IMG/VR virus record: IMGVR_UViG_3300032240_001400
Coordinates: 1-57,084 of that record
DNA: 57,084 nt
Strand: one strand, 5' to 3'
Source: a virus
Lineage: Duplodnaviria; Caudoviricetes
A model generated the notes under the pieces. The model made no database searches. It saw only the letters and a program-made list of their open reading frames with translations, and was not told the origin of the DNA. The position numbers and the translations under genes were made by a program. Positions 18,467 to 27,623 of this stretch are shown piece by piece (within the stretch, counting starts at the first letter, position 1; every line of letters starts with the position of its first letter).

Positions 18467-20296
18467 CTAGCCTTTTCTCTTCTTTCTTGCTTTTTCAGCA
18501 GGATCTTCGGTATCAGATCCTAATAAATTTGAAAAGTTAGGAGTTACTCCAGAAGAGACTTTTTGATTAGGATCTGTATTTTTAAGATCAGACCCTAATT
18601 GAGCTGATCTTTTTGCCATCATTTCCCTAACTCTTTTCCTTAGCTTTTTACCTCCTTGAAGTTTATTTACAAACGCGCTAAGTCCTATTCCGTCATTTTC
18701 ATTTTCATTATTTGGCGCATCCATTCCAGTGTTTACCTCAGCCCCAATATTTTCTATATCAGTTATAGAAATATCTTGATCAGCCAAATAGTTTAATGAT
18801 TCTGTAATATTTGATATATCTATTGATGACATTGTTTGAAAATCTGAATGTACAAGTCCTTTAGATACTAATAACACTTTTACTTCATTTATTATTATTT
18901 GATCTAAAGAAGCAAATGTAGGAGTAGATTCAACTACTACTATTGCATTTGAATTTAAAGCTATTCCGTATCTTCTTTTTAATCCAATTCCAGAGTCAGT
19001 AACTTCTTCGGTTTTTATTTGAATTGTATATTCTCCAAATGTATTGTTAGGTCTAGACTTATTGTTATTGTAAGTATCAATAAAGTTTTTTAACTGGTTA
19101 CGGCTATCCTGTAATTGATTTACTGTATCTTTAATTTCTTGAACTAGATCAGGATCCATATTTGAACATGCATCTAGATTCAATAGCATCATATTAAGTC
19201 TAGATATAATCTCTTCTATTGCTATTATCAAAGTAGTTATAAACATAACCATTTGAGCTAATATAGAATTAATCTGGCTTATTCTTTTTAGTAGTTTATC
19301 TATAAAATTAGAAATTTCCCTTTCTGTTTTAGATAGTCCAACTATAGGACCTATAGGACTGAACATAGCAGGTATAACAACTAAAATAATAAACTTCTGT
19401 ATAATTTTAAAGATCTTAATTAAATTAACTACAAGCTTAATTATAGCTCTAGCACTATTTACAAATCCTAATATTCTTTTAGCTATAGAATCTATATTCT
19501 TTGCAGTATTTAAAATATTCTTTAAAAATGGTATTATTTTTTTAGGATTTATTAACTTGTTTATTTTATTTAAATCCTGTTGTATTTTAGGACTAGCAGT
19601 TGCAGCTAAACTTAATAATGCTCCTATATCATTTAAATTAACTATAGCAATACAGATAGCTCTAAGTTTATCTACTTTAGAAATTAACTTTTGTAATTCA
19701 GAATTAGGAATCTGTCTTATATCTGTGTATCTATTAAATGTTCCAAGACTATCTTGTATAAAATTTGTAAAAAGACTAAGTTGAGGATATGAATCTAAAA
19801 GTTCAGGATCATTTAATCCGGTGTCTTTATTAGATATAAGATCATTAAATTCATTAGCAATATTCTTAATAACAGAATACAATCCTACTTTACTATTTGC
19901 ATTATTTGAATCTGCATAACTTTTATTATAATCGTCTATACTTTTTTGTACAAAATAAGCAGCTTTTTGAATTTGAAATTTCTTTTTTTGTAAAGGATCT
20001 AATGTAGTTATATCTGTATTAGGATCAAAAGGTTTCCCTTGAGGAGCAATTCCAGAAAGATAGTTTAAAATATTACAAAAGTCAACAGAGACTAATTCAT
20101 CTAAAGCTTTCATTATTCCTTTATCTAAAGCTCTTTGAATATCGGTTCCTTCGTCTGCTTTTAATTTATACTGGCCATATATAATACCATTAGTCTTTTT
20201 TTGTACTTGTGCTATAAATTTACCTATAGCACCAATAGCTTTTTCTAAACCTATTTGGTTTGTGGTATTTTCATTAATTATGTTAGTATCGGCCAT
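18467..20296 (-). CDS. helical coiled-coil virion protein with a hydrophobic segment
   Basis: 609 aa; FIILVVIPAMFSPIGPIVGL; next to gp5-like genes. Confidence 0.65.
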   Translation of the reverse strand: MADTNIINENTTNQIGLEKAIGAIGKFIAQVQKKTNGIIYGQYKLKADEGTDIQRALDKGIMKALDELVSVDFCNILNYLSGIAPQGKPFDPNTDITTLDPLQKKKFQIQKAAYFVQKSIDDYNKSYADSNNANSKVGLYSVIKNIANEFNDLISNKDTGLNDPELLDSYPQLSLFTNFIQDSLGTFNRYTDIRQIPNSELQKLISKVDKLRAICIAIVNLNDIGALLSLAATASPKIQQDLNKINKLINPKKIIPFLKNILNTAKNIDSIAKRILGFVNSARAIIKLVVNLIKIFKIIQKFIILVVIPAMFSPIGPIVGLSKTEREISNFIDKLLKRISQINSILAQMVMFITTLIIAIEEIISRLNMMLLNLDACSNMDPDLVQEIKDTVNQLQDSRNQLKNFIDTYNNNKSRPNNTFGEYTIQIKTEEVTDSGIGLKRRYGIALNSNAIVVVESTPTFASLDQIIINEVKVLLVSKGLVHSDFQTMSSIDISNITESLNYLADQDISITDIENIGAEVNTGMDAPNNENENDGIGLSAFVNKLQGGKKLRKRVREMMAKRSAQLGSDLKNTDPNQKVSSGVTPNFSNLLGSDTEDPAEKARKKRKG

Positions 20297-20298
20297 TT

Positions 20299-20730
20299 CT
20301 ATTTAGTATAGGTATTTTTAGAAAGGATTACTCCAGAATTTAATACGTTTAAAATAGTATCACAAGCCCCTTTCATAATTTGCCCTGCTGTAGCTATTTG
20401 CTGCATACTAGCACCAAGATTACTTTCAGCTGCTTGAGCTAATAAAACAGATGCTTGAGAAACTGTTTCTGCAAAAACTCTTAATTGAGTATTTAAATCT
20501 CTGCCTAATACTACAGGCTGTCCTGATGCTTCTGCTTGATGACCTAATTCTATTTTTGGAGAGTCTATTAAAACCTTTTCAACTGCATCTAAATTTATCG
20601 TCTTTGTAGATGATAAACCTACAGATTGTTTTCCAAATAAAAATATAGAGTCTTGTTTAGAATGTAAAATTACTCTATTTGAAGATATAATTACTTGGTC
20701 ACTTTTATATGGAAATTCTGGTTTGTACAT
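20299..20730 (-). CDS. baseplate spike-like protein (gp5 C-terminal-like)
   Basis: Short beta-strand repeats, then IDSPKIELG...QPVVLG. Confidence 0.55.
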   Translation of the reverse strand: MYKPEFPYKSDQVIISSNRVILHSKQDSIFLFGKQSVGLSSTKTINLDAVEKVLIDSPKIELGHQAEASGQPVVLGRDLNTQLRVFAETVSQASVLLAQAAESNLGASMQQIATAGQIMKGACDTILNVLNSGVILSKNTYTK

Positions 20731-21626
20731 TATTTAATACTATTTTCATCTTGGAATTGTGAAGAAATAGTTTCATCAGAAATAGCAGGTCTTTGGATTT
20801 CTATTGCATTTTGAATTATAGCTTTTATAGATGTTCCATAAGAAGCTAAAGGAAAAAGATTTATATCTTCAAGATCTATTTCTTGAGTACTAGTTAAATA
20901 TATACAAGATCCGTCTTTGTTTATGTCTTCTACTAATGGATCCATTTTATCTGATCCAGGTCTAGATCCTTGCCTATTAGTTATTATAGTTATCGGATCT
21001 CCATTATTTCCTGAATTTGACCAGTTGTTTTGACTTTTCATTACAGGAACTGTACTTCCAAATCTTATAGACTGTCCAAATCTAGATTGCAAAACTGAAT
21101 CTCCTTCAAATGGCCTTATATTTCTAACTTCTTCTTTTTCTGTAAAAGTATACCCTAATGGAAGTTTTGGACCTTCTGTAGCCTTACCTGAATATCCGGC
21201 TGGATTATAAGTTTTGTTAAGAAATTGAGAATATTCTGACATATTTGGAAATGCTCCATGATTAACATGGTTCCATAAATCATAAGGAGGGAAATAAAAA
21301 AACTGTTGTTTAGTAAACCTTTCATTTAATTCAGGAGTAGGTCCAGCTAATATTAATACAATTTCATTTACAACTGGATACTGCCTTAGAAAGCTAAACA
21401 TTGGATACGCGGGCTCAGATACTTCTTTTGACTTTGATGTAGATAAACTTGAATAGAGGAGTTCAAATTTTATCTTACCTAGATCAGAAGGGTTATTATA
21501 TTCTTGGTCAGGAAGTTTAGTACTCGCTATATAAGGACCTAATACAATATGCTTTACTCTACCAATGATAAAGTATTGTCCAGATTTATTTCCAAGACTA
21601 GAATCTATTTTATCTCCCCAAGCCAT
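20730..21626 (-). CDS. baseplate hub/spike protein (gp5 N-terminal OB-fold-like)
   Basis: LGKIKF...AYP....QYPVVNEIVLI; EGDSVLQSRFGQSIRFGS. Confidence 0.6.
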   Translation of the reverse strand: MAWGDKIDSSLGNKSGQYFIIGRVKHIVLGPYIASTKLPDQEYNNPSDLGKIKFELLYSSLSTSKSKEVSEPAYPMFSFLRQYPVVNEIVLILAGPTPELNERFTKQQFFYFPPYDLWNHVNHGAFPNMSEYSQFLNKTYNPAGYSGKATEGPKLPLGYTFTEKEEVRNIRPFEGDSVLQSRFGQSIRFGSTVPVMKSQNNWSNSGNNGDPITIITNRQGSRPGSDKMDPLVEDINKDGSCIYLTSTQEIDLEDINLFPLASYGTSIKAIIQNAIEIQRPAISDETISSQFQDENSIK

Positions 21627-21988
21627 TATGCACTAGGTAATTGTTTTGTATCTTTGATTTTCATAGTTGTAACATCATTAAATAACTGTTGAATGTCATT
21701 CTCTGTTAAAATTCCGGAATCTTCTGAATCACTCTTCTTTTGAGACTCTGCTGCCTTTTGGAATAAAGTTAGAAGTTTCATCAGGACTTCATCATTCTTA
21801 AGACTAGAGTCCATAAATCCTTTCAAAAGAGGAACAATTACAATAGCGTCACCAGGAGTTTCAATCATGTCAGCAAGCCTCATGATCTCCTGTTTTATCG
21901 TAGAGTCCTGATTTTTATGTTTATTATATACCTCCTCTACTAGATCTGAGATTGTTTTCCCTGTAAAGATTTCTTTATCTAAATCCAT
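21626..21988 (-). CDS. hypothetical helical protein
   Basis: 120 aa, first gene after a late motif. Confidence 0.7.
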   Translation of the reverse strand: MDLDKEIFTGKTISDLVEEVYNKHKNQDSTIKQEIMRLADMIETPGDAIVIVPLLKGFMDSSLKNDEVLMKLLTLFQKAAESQKKSDSEDSGILTENDIQQLFNDVTTMKIKDTKQLPSA

Positions 21989-21999
21989 GACTTTTTAGA

Positions 22000-22007
22000 A
22001 TAAATAT
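22000..22007 (-). promoter_or_regulatory. putative late promoter ATATTTAT
   Basis: Upstream of the ATG at 21988. Confidence 0.6.
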
Positions 22008-22756
22008 TAATAGTCATTATTTTCTAGATAATTATTAAGTATTGTTTTATATATAGTTTTTAGCTTCTTGATTACTTTTGTAATTGTGTTTGACTGAGTA
22101 TCTGCCATTTCTTTAACATATATAAAAACGGCCTTCTTATTAAAGATGTCTATATTCTCTCTCCTTTTAAAGATTTCTAATATAGCATCAGCTACCTTTG
22201 CTTCATCAGTTTTATCAAAAATCTCCAAAAGATTGTCATCTACATATTTAATAAACAACTCAACCACGTCTAGCTTATCTAGTTCTGGCTCTGGTTCTTT
22301 GACTAGCAAACTATTAAGAAGTGCATTATCGTCATGTTGATCCCCAATCTCAGCCTTAGATACTAATTTCTTATAGTTCTTTTGATTATATATAATAAGA
22401 TATCTTTTGGCAATAGTTCCAAAATAAGAATATGCCTTTCCTTTAGACTGATCATATAGGTCTAATTTTTGTAAAAGAAAAGAGATTACCTCATATTTTA
22501 AATCCTCTATGTTATCAACTTCCGTATAATAGAATTTAAATGTGTGAATGATATTTTCTACCAGTTTGTAAAATCCATAATGTATATACTGATTATATAT
22601 CTTATTCTTTTCTGCAATATTATTAGTATTTCTATACCTAAGAATTGCTTCTTCAGTATCTAAAGTAAAATAATTATTTTTTACCTTTGGCTTTCTTTTT
22701 CTAGGTTCGCCTTTTTTAGTTAATAATACCTCTTCCTCATTAGCTAATACGTCCAT
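22007..22756 (-). CDS. sigma factor for late transcription (T4 gp55-like)
   Basis: Sigma region 2-like EDLKYEVISFLLQKLDLYDQSKGKAYSYFGTIAKRYLI; basic N-terminus followed by NYF. Confidence 0.75.
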   Translation of the reverse strand: MDVLANEEEVLLTKKGEPRKRKPKVKNNYFTLDTEEAILRYRNTNNIAEKNKIYNQYIHYGFYKLVENIIHTFKFYYTEVDNIEDLKYEVISFLLQKLDLYDQSKGKAYSYFGTIAKRYLIIYNQKNYKKLVSKAEIGDQHDDNALLNSLLVKEPEPELDKLDVVELFIKYVDDNLLEIFDKTDEAKVADAILEIFKRRENIDIFNKKAVFIYVKEMADTQSNTITKVIKKLKTIYKTILNNYLENNDY

Positions 22757-22757
22757 A

Positions 22758-23030
22758 TTATTCCTCTATAAAATTATTTATTGATGTTTGCATTTGCTTA
22801 ACATTTTCCATAAGAGCTAAAAACTCAGGATCAGATTGTACCCAAATTTGTGAATCAATTTTATTAGCCGTATCATTTATTTCTCTCATGCATCCTTTTA
22901 TTCCGTCTATAAATGTTTGTTGTCTAAAAACCATTTTTTCAAGTTTTCTATTTTTATTAAACAGATTCCAAATGACATAACCAACTATTAAGGCTATCCA
23001 TAAAACTAAACTTATAATTCCTATTACCAT
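22758..23030 (-). CDS. membrane-anchored coiled-coil protein
   Basis: N-terminal TM segment. Confidence 0.7.
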   Translation of the reverse strand: MVIGIISLVLWIALIVGYVIWNLFNKNRKLEKMVFRQQTFIDGIKGCMREINDTANKIDSQIWVQSDPEFLALMENVKQMQTSINNFIEE

Positions 23031-23033
23031 ATA

Positions 23034-23669
23034 TTATTTTTTTGATGATTCGATTTTGCTAGCCATTAAATCAGCTTGATGAAGTATATAAGCTATATTA
23101 GATTTCAATTCTGAATCTTTATTATAAGTTATATAGTATGGCTTATTTGCTTCTTCATATAATCCGTCATGAAGTTTAATACCAAGATATTCATTTTCTG
23201 AAACCTTAATTCCATAAGATTGAAGTACAAATAGACTTCTATCTGCAATCCTCATATGAATTATATTTGGGTTGTAATTAAACATAAGACCTTGATTTTC
23301 CTTATGCCACTGAGATTGATTAGGAATATATACTGGTTCATCATTTGTACCAAGCTTACCTAAATCATGATTGATTGCTGAGAATGCAAGTTCTTCAGTA
23401 GTATATGTTTTTTCCTGTCCAAATTTATCCCAAACTTTTTCAAATACTAATGAAGCTTCAACTACTCTAATAACATGATCAACATACCCTCCAATAAAAG
23501 CATTGTGGTGACTAATTTTAGTTGACGCCGGAGATGTTACTAATGTATCTTCTAAATCTTTATACATTTCCAGTAATTGATCTTTTCTATCTCCAGTGAT
23601 ATACTTATTTATGAGAGAGTAGAACTTATCTAGATTTCCTGCTAGCTGTTCAGCTGTTAAATTATTCAT
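23034..23669 (-). CDS. HD-domain phosphohydrolase
   Basis: HHNAFIGGYVDH...NHDLGK...LHDG...LHQAD. Confidence 0.9.
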   Translation of the reverse strand: MNNLTAEQLAGNLDKFYSLINKYITGDRKDQLLEMYKDLEDTLVTSPASTKISHHNAFIGGYVDHVIRVVEASLVFEKVWDKFGQEKTYTTEELAFSAINHDLGKLGTNDEPVYIPNQSQWHKENQGLMFNYNPNIIHMRIADRSLFVLQSYGIKVSENEYLGIKLHDGLYEEANKPYYITYNKDSELKSNIAYILHQADLMASKIESSKK

Positions 23670-23678
23670 AACTTATTT

Positions 23679-24005
23679 TTATTTAATATAACTATTTATT
23701 GTGTATTCTATCAATTGATCCATAGAGTGCATAGGAATTCCTATAATGTTACTGCCTAAAGTTTCTTTTTTTCCTAGTCTATTATAATCAGTAGTCAAAA
23801 ATACTATATGGTTTATCTTAGTATTTGATTCCATTATAAGAACTATTGGATACAATTCAGTATTGGTAAGATTTTCAATAGCATCGCAAACGCTATTATC
23901 ACCAGAGCAATCCTCAGAAATATAAAATATTCCTTTTTTATTTAAAGATTCTTTAAGATTAATACATCTTTTGCAAGTATCTATGGATAGTATTTTAATC
24001 ATCAT
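23679..24005 (-). CDS. glutaredoxin-like protein
   Basis: N-terminal CKRC and a later LYPIV cis-Pro-like motif. Confidence 0.7.
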   Translation of the reverse strand: MMIKILSIDTCKRCINLKESLNKKGIFYISEDCSGDNSVCDAIENLTNTELYPIVLIMESNTKINHIVFLTTDYNRLGKKETLGSNIIGIPMHSMDQLIEYTINSYIK

Positions 24006-24162
24006 AACTAAATTCAGGATCTATTTTTTCCATTACGTAATTCCAAAATGTTTTTTGATCTTCATCCATTGTATCAAATGTCATTGATAGATACATATAC
24101 AATGATTGTAGTTGTTCTTCTGTTATTTCTATATTATCTATTTGTATTTCTTCTAGATTCAT
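23995..24162 (-). CDS. small acidic protein (55 aa, not in ORF track)
   Basis: MNLEEIQIDNIEITEEQLQSLYMYL...PEFSYDD; overlaps the start of the next gene. Confidence 0.6.
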   Translation of the reverse strand: MNLEEIQIDNIEITEEQLQSLYMYLSMTFDTMDEDQKTFWNYVMEKIDPEFSYDD

Positions 24163-24431
24163 AATAAACTAGTTTAAAGGTATTTAACCTTTATTTAGAG
24201 TGTAATTGACTTTGTTTTTATTTGGTAGCTTATATTTAAAACCCTTTAGCGGACTAAACCGTCGGATACTGCCGATATTACTTTAAAACTTCACTACCAC
24301 TTATATTTATATACCTGAAGCATATTTTTTAGTCTTAGCTCCTGGTAGTCACTTTAAGCATCTATTCTAAAACGCACTCATGGAATTTCACCAAGCTATG
24401 GTATAGAGCATAGATAGAGACATTAACAAAG

Positions 24432-24455
24432 CTAATATACAACAAATTTTTGAAA
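24432..24455 (-). promoter_or_regulatory. putative early/middle promoter (TTTCA-N11-TATATTAG), leftward
   Basis: Matches the bipartite motif; divergent from the primase promoter. Confidence 0.55.
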
Positions 24456-24487
24456 GAAAAAAATTTTTTTCAATAAATATTTTTTTA

Positions 24488-24511
24488 TCTCATTTTTTTG
24501 TCTTATATTAG
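24488..24511 (+). promoter_or_regulatory. putative early/middle promoter (TCTCA-N11-TATATTAG)
   Basis: 4 nt upstream of the primase ATG. Confidence 0.6.
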
Positions 24512-24515
24512 TGTA

Positions 24516-25445
24516 ATGGAAAATGAACTACTTATATTAGGACTTTTAGAAAACGTATTAGGCAAAGGAAAAGGATCCAAGTCTAATGCTGACTATGCCT
24601 TTTATTGTCCTGTTTGTAAGCATCATAATCAAAAACTGATTGTTAATATTAAGACTGGACAATATAATTGCTGGACCTGTCAACCACAAACTAAAGGTAA
24701 AACGCCGGTATCATTATTAAAAAAGATTGGAGCTCCTACTGAAAAGATACTGGAAATGAAACAGTACTTTCAAGGAGATACAACTAATATAGAAAAGCCT
24801 AAGCATGACAAAGTAAGACTTCCAGAAGAATTTATTTCATTAGTCAATCCAGATAAATCTCTTGAGTCAAGACATGCATTAGCCTATTTAAAGAAAAGAC
24901 AGATTACAACTCAAGATATACAAAAGTATAATATTGGATATTGTAAGACAGGTAGATATAAAAATAGAATCATAGTACCTTCATACAATTATAATGGAGA
25001 CATAAACTATTTCATAGCTAGATCATTTGAAAAAGATCCTGGACGTAAATACGATGCTCCAACTTGTAATAAAACAGAGATTATAGGATTAGAATACTTT
25101 GTAAATTGGTCTATTCCTATTATATTATGTGAAGGAATATTTGATGCGATTGCTATTAAAAGAAATGCAATACCATTATTTGGTAAAACTATTCCTGAAT
25201 CTTTAATGCTAAAGTTAGTACAATCAGAAGTAAAAACAGTTTATTTGGCTCTAGATAAAGATGCCCTTAAATCGGCACTAGACTACTCACAAAATCTTTT
25301 AAACCTTGGCAAAGAGGTTTATCTAATAGAATTAGAAGGAAAAGATCCTTCTGACCTTGGTTTTGAAAACATGACCAAGTTATTACACAAAGCGAAGCCA
25401 TTCTCATTTGGAGACTTGCTTCTCAAAAAAATGCAGTTATTATGA
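24516..25445 (+). CDS. DNA primase (zinc finger plus TOPRIM)
   Basis: CPVC...CWTC; YLKKR; RIIVP; CEGIFD; LALDKD; KDPSD; start moved to ATG 24516. Confidence 0.92.
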   Translation: MENELLILGLLENVLGKGKGSKSNADYAFYCPVCKHHNQKLIVNIKTGQYNCWTCQPQTKGKTPVSLLKKIGAPTEKILEMKQYFQGDTTNIEKPKHDKVRLPEEFISLVNPDKSLESRHALAYLKKRQITTQDIQKYNIGYCKTGRYKNRIIVPSYNYNGDINYFIARSFEKDPGRKYDAPTCNKTEIIGLEYFVNWSIPIILCEGIFDAIAIKRNAIPLFGKTIPESLMLKLVQSEVKTVYLALDKDALKSALDYSQNLLNLGKEVYLIELEGKDPSDLGFENMTKLLHKAKPFSFGDLLLKKMQLL

Positions 25446-26236
25446 TTGAACAAAATAAGAACATCCATAGAGATAAATTCTTAAAGCGAATAGTAGAAAC
25501 AGATCCTGAACTTAGACAAATTACATTACATGATTCTAGATACTATCAAAGATCGCCTGGTATTTTTTACCCATCTGTTACAACAATCCTGGGTTATTTT
25601 CCGAAAGGTTCTTTTTTCGAGACCTGGCTTAAAGATATGGGGCATAATGCTGATATTGTTATGCGTCGTGCTGGTGATGAAGGAACTCAAGTCCACAACG
25701 CCATTGAAAAATTCTTACGAGGAGAGGAGATACGGTGGATCGAATCAGACGGGAAAGTAAACTATCATACACATGTATGGAAAATGATACTTGCTTTTAC
25801 TGACTTCTGGACCACATATAAACCTACCTTGTTATTATCGGAAGAGTTTATGTACTCGGATACTCACAAATATTCTGGTACACTTGACCTCTTAGTAGAA
25901 CTTAATGGAGAGAGGTGGATCTTAGATATTAAAACTTCTAATAATATCCATGAAAGTTATTACCTTCAGATGGCAGCTTACACAAAAGCGTATGAGGAAA
26001 AGTATCTTCAAAAGGTAGATCGTAATGGTATTATCTGGCTAAAGTCTTCTAAAAGAGGCCCAGATAAGTCAAATAAAAAGATGCAAGGCGCTGGCTGGGA
26101 GATCCTTGAAGGCAAAAAAACTCTAGATGAATATTTCCAAATGTTCTTACACACCTACGAAACATATAAAATTATACATCCAGAAACAGATATTGAACTT
26201 TTGACTCTTCCTAACACGGTTAAACTTGATAATTAA
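25442..26236 (+). CDS. PD-(D/E)XK exonuclease
   Basis: YPSVTTIL, GTQVH, E...SGTLDL...ILDIKTS, YYLQMAAY. Confidence 0.9.
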   Translation: MIEQNKNIHRDKFLKRIVETDPELRQITLHDSRYYQRSPGIFYPSVTTILGYFPKGSFFETWLKDMGHNADIVMRRAGDEGTQVHNAIEKFLRGEEIRWIESDGKVNYHTHVWKMILAFTDFWTTYKPTLLLSEEFMYSDTHKYSGTLDLLVELNGERWILDIKTSNNIHESYYLQMAAYTKAYEEKYLQKVDRNGIIWLKSSKRGPDKSNKKMQGAGWEILEGKKTLDEYFQMFLHTYETYKIIHPETDIELLTLPNTVKLDN

Positions 26237-26243
26237 TATTTAT
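26236..26243 (+). promoter_or_regulatory. putative late promoter ATATTTAT
   Basis: 7 nt upstream of the ATG at 26251. Confidence 0.65.
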
Positions 26244-26250
26244 TGGTAGT

Positions 26251-27036
26251 ATGATTAAGCTACTAGATTTGTTAAATGAAATAAAGGGCCAACCAAAAGC
26301 CATTATTATGGCTGGTGGAGCTGGTGCAGGTAAGTCAACCTTTGCTAATCAGATAAAGTCTGATATTAAAAAAGCAGGCTGGGAAGAACTTAATGCCGAT
26401 AAATACGTAGAAGACCAAGATAGTCCTATGTATAATAATCTAGGCAAAGCATCTAGCCAGATAGAGAAGGTCGATCTTCCTAATGCTATCAATTCTGGCA
26501 AAAGCTTTATTTATGATACTACAGGAACTAATGTTCAAAGAGTTCAAAATATAGTAGACTCAGGATATGATCCTATGATGGTCATGGTATATACTAATCC
26601 TATTGTTAGCTTTATGCGTAACTTCAAACGTGAAAGAAAAGTACCAACTGTAGGAGTTTTAACAAGTTGGAATAACGTTTATAAGAATATAGAGGCATAC
26701 AAAAGTATGTTTGGAAACAACTTCTATCTTGTTCAGTCAGACATGTCTCCTGAAGAAAATAAGATGGTTAATAAATTTGAAAAGGCTTATAAATCTGGTA
26801 AATTAAAAGAGTTCTTTGAAGATCTTCTTTCATCTGGCCAGTTTAAATCTACATTCAGAAAAGAGCCAGGAAAAGAAAAAACTCCTGAAGAATTAGCCAA
26901 ATCTAAAGCATTAGTAGATAAGCAGATAGATATACTTTCAGATCAGTTTGATAATATAGAAAATCAAGTAGAACAGTTAAAGAGTTCTAATATGAACCAA
27001 GTTGTGACTAAAGCTAAATCATTTATAAAGTCATGA
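26251..27036 (+). CDS. P-loop kinase (zeta toxin/AAA_33-like)
   Basis: GGAGAGKST Walker A; NAD; FIYDTT; RNFKRERKVP lid. Confidence 0.85.
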   Translation: MIKLLDLLNEIKGQPKAIIMAGGAGAGKSTFANQIKSDIKKAGWEELNADKYVEDQDSPMYNNLGKASSQIEKVDLPNAINSGKSFIYDTTGTNVQRVQNIVDSGYDPMMVMVYTNPIVSFMRNFKRERKVPTVGVLTSWNNVYKNIEAYKSMFGNNFYLVQSDMSPEENKMVNKFEKAYKSGKLKEFFEDLLSSGQFKSTFRKEPGKEKTPEELAKSKALVDKQIDILSDQFDNIENQVEQLKSSNMNQVVTKAKSFIKS

Positions 27037-27623
27037 TTAATATAGAACACATAACAAACGAAATCGTAAGAGATATATTGAATGAAGCATCTCCGGATGT
27101 TGGACCTTGCTTTTATCCTGGTAAATTTAAACCTCCTCATAAAGGACATTTTGCAGCAGCACAATACCTCGCATCTCAAAATTATATAAACAGAGTATAT
27201 GTTATTATTTCTAACGTTACTAAGTATGGGATTACTCCTCAAGACTCTCTATACATTTGGCAACAGTATCTCAATGCAGAACCGAATCCTAAAATTAGTG
27301 TATCAATTTCTCAAGAATCCACTCCTATAAAAGACATTTTTTCTTTCATAGCAGAGAATCCAGATGTTGACCCAATCTATGTTGCAGCAGCTCAAGAAGA
27401 AGTAGAAGGTGAAGGATATTTCAATAATATGCAAAAAAGGTTTCCTGGTAAAATAAGACCGGTTACAATACCAGATCAGTTTGGTAGAATATCTGCAACT
27501 CAAATGAGAGATACAATAAAGACAGGAGACTTTGAAAAGTTTTCAAATTTTATACCTGATGCTGCATATAATAAAGGAGCTGCTAAAGATATATTTGGAA
27601 GGCTATTGAAAATAATGAAATGA
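27033..27623 (+). CDS. HxGH cytidylyltransferase-like nucleotidyltransferase
   Basis: PGKFKPPHKGH and ISATQMR. Confidence 0.88.
   Translation: MINIEHITNEIVRDILNEASPDVGPCFYPGKFKPPHKGHFAAAQYLASQNYINRVYVIISNVTKYGITPQDSLYIWQQYLNAEPNPKISVSISQESTPIKDIFSFIAENPDVDPIYVAAAQEEVEGEGYFNNMQKRFPGKIRPVTIPDQFGRISATQMRDTIKTGDFEKFSNFIPDAAYNKGAAKDIFGRLLKIMK

Noticed and set aside
25442-26236. Cas4 or CRISPR-associated nuclease
   Set aside because: No Cys residues for an Fe-S cluster and no array; position next to primase fits a replication exonuclease.
26251-27036. Classical epsilon-zeta toxin-antitoxin pair
   Set aside because: No small antitoxin gene adjacent; only the kinase fold is supported.
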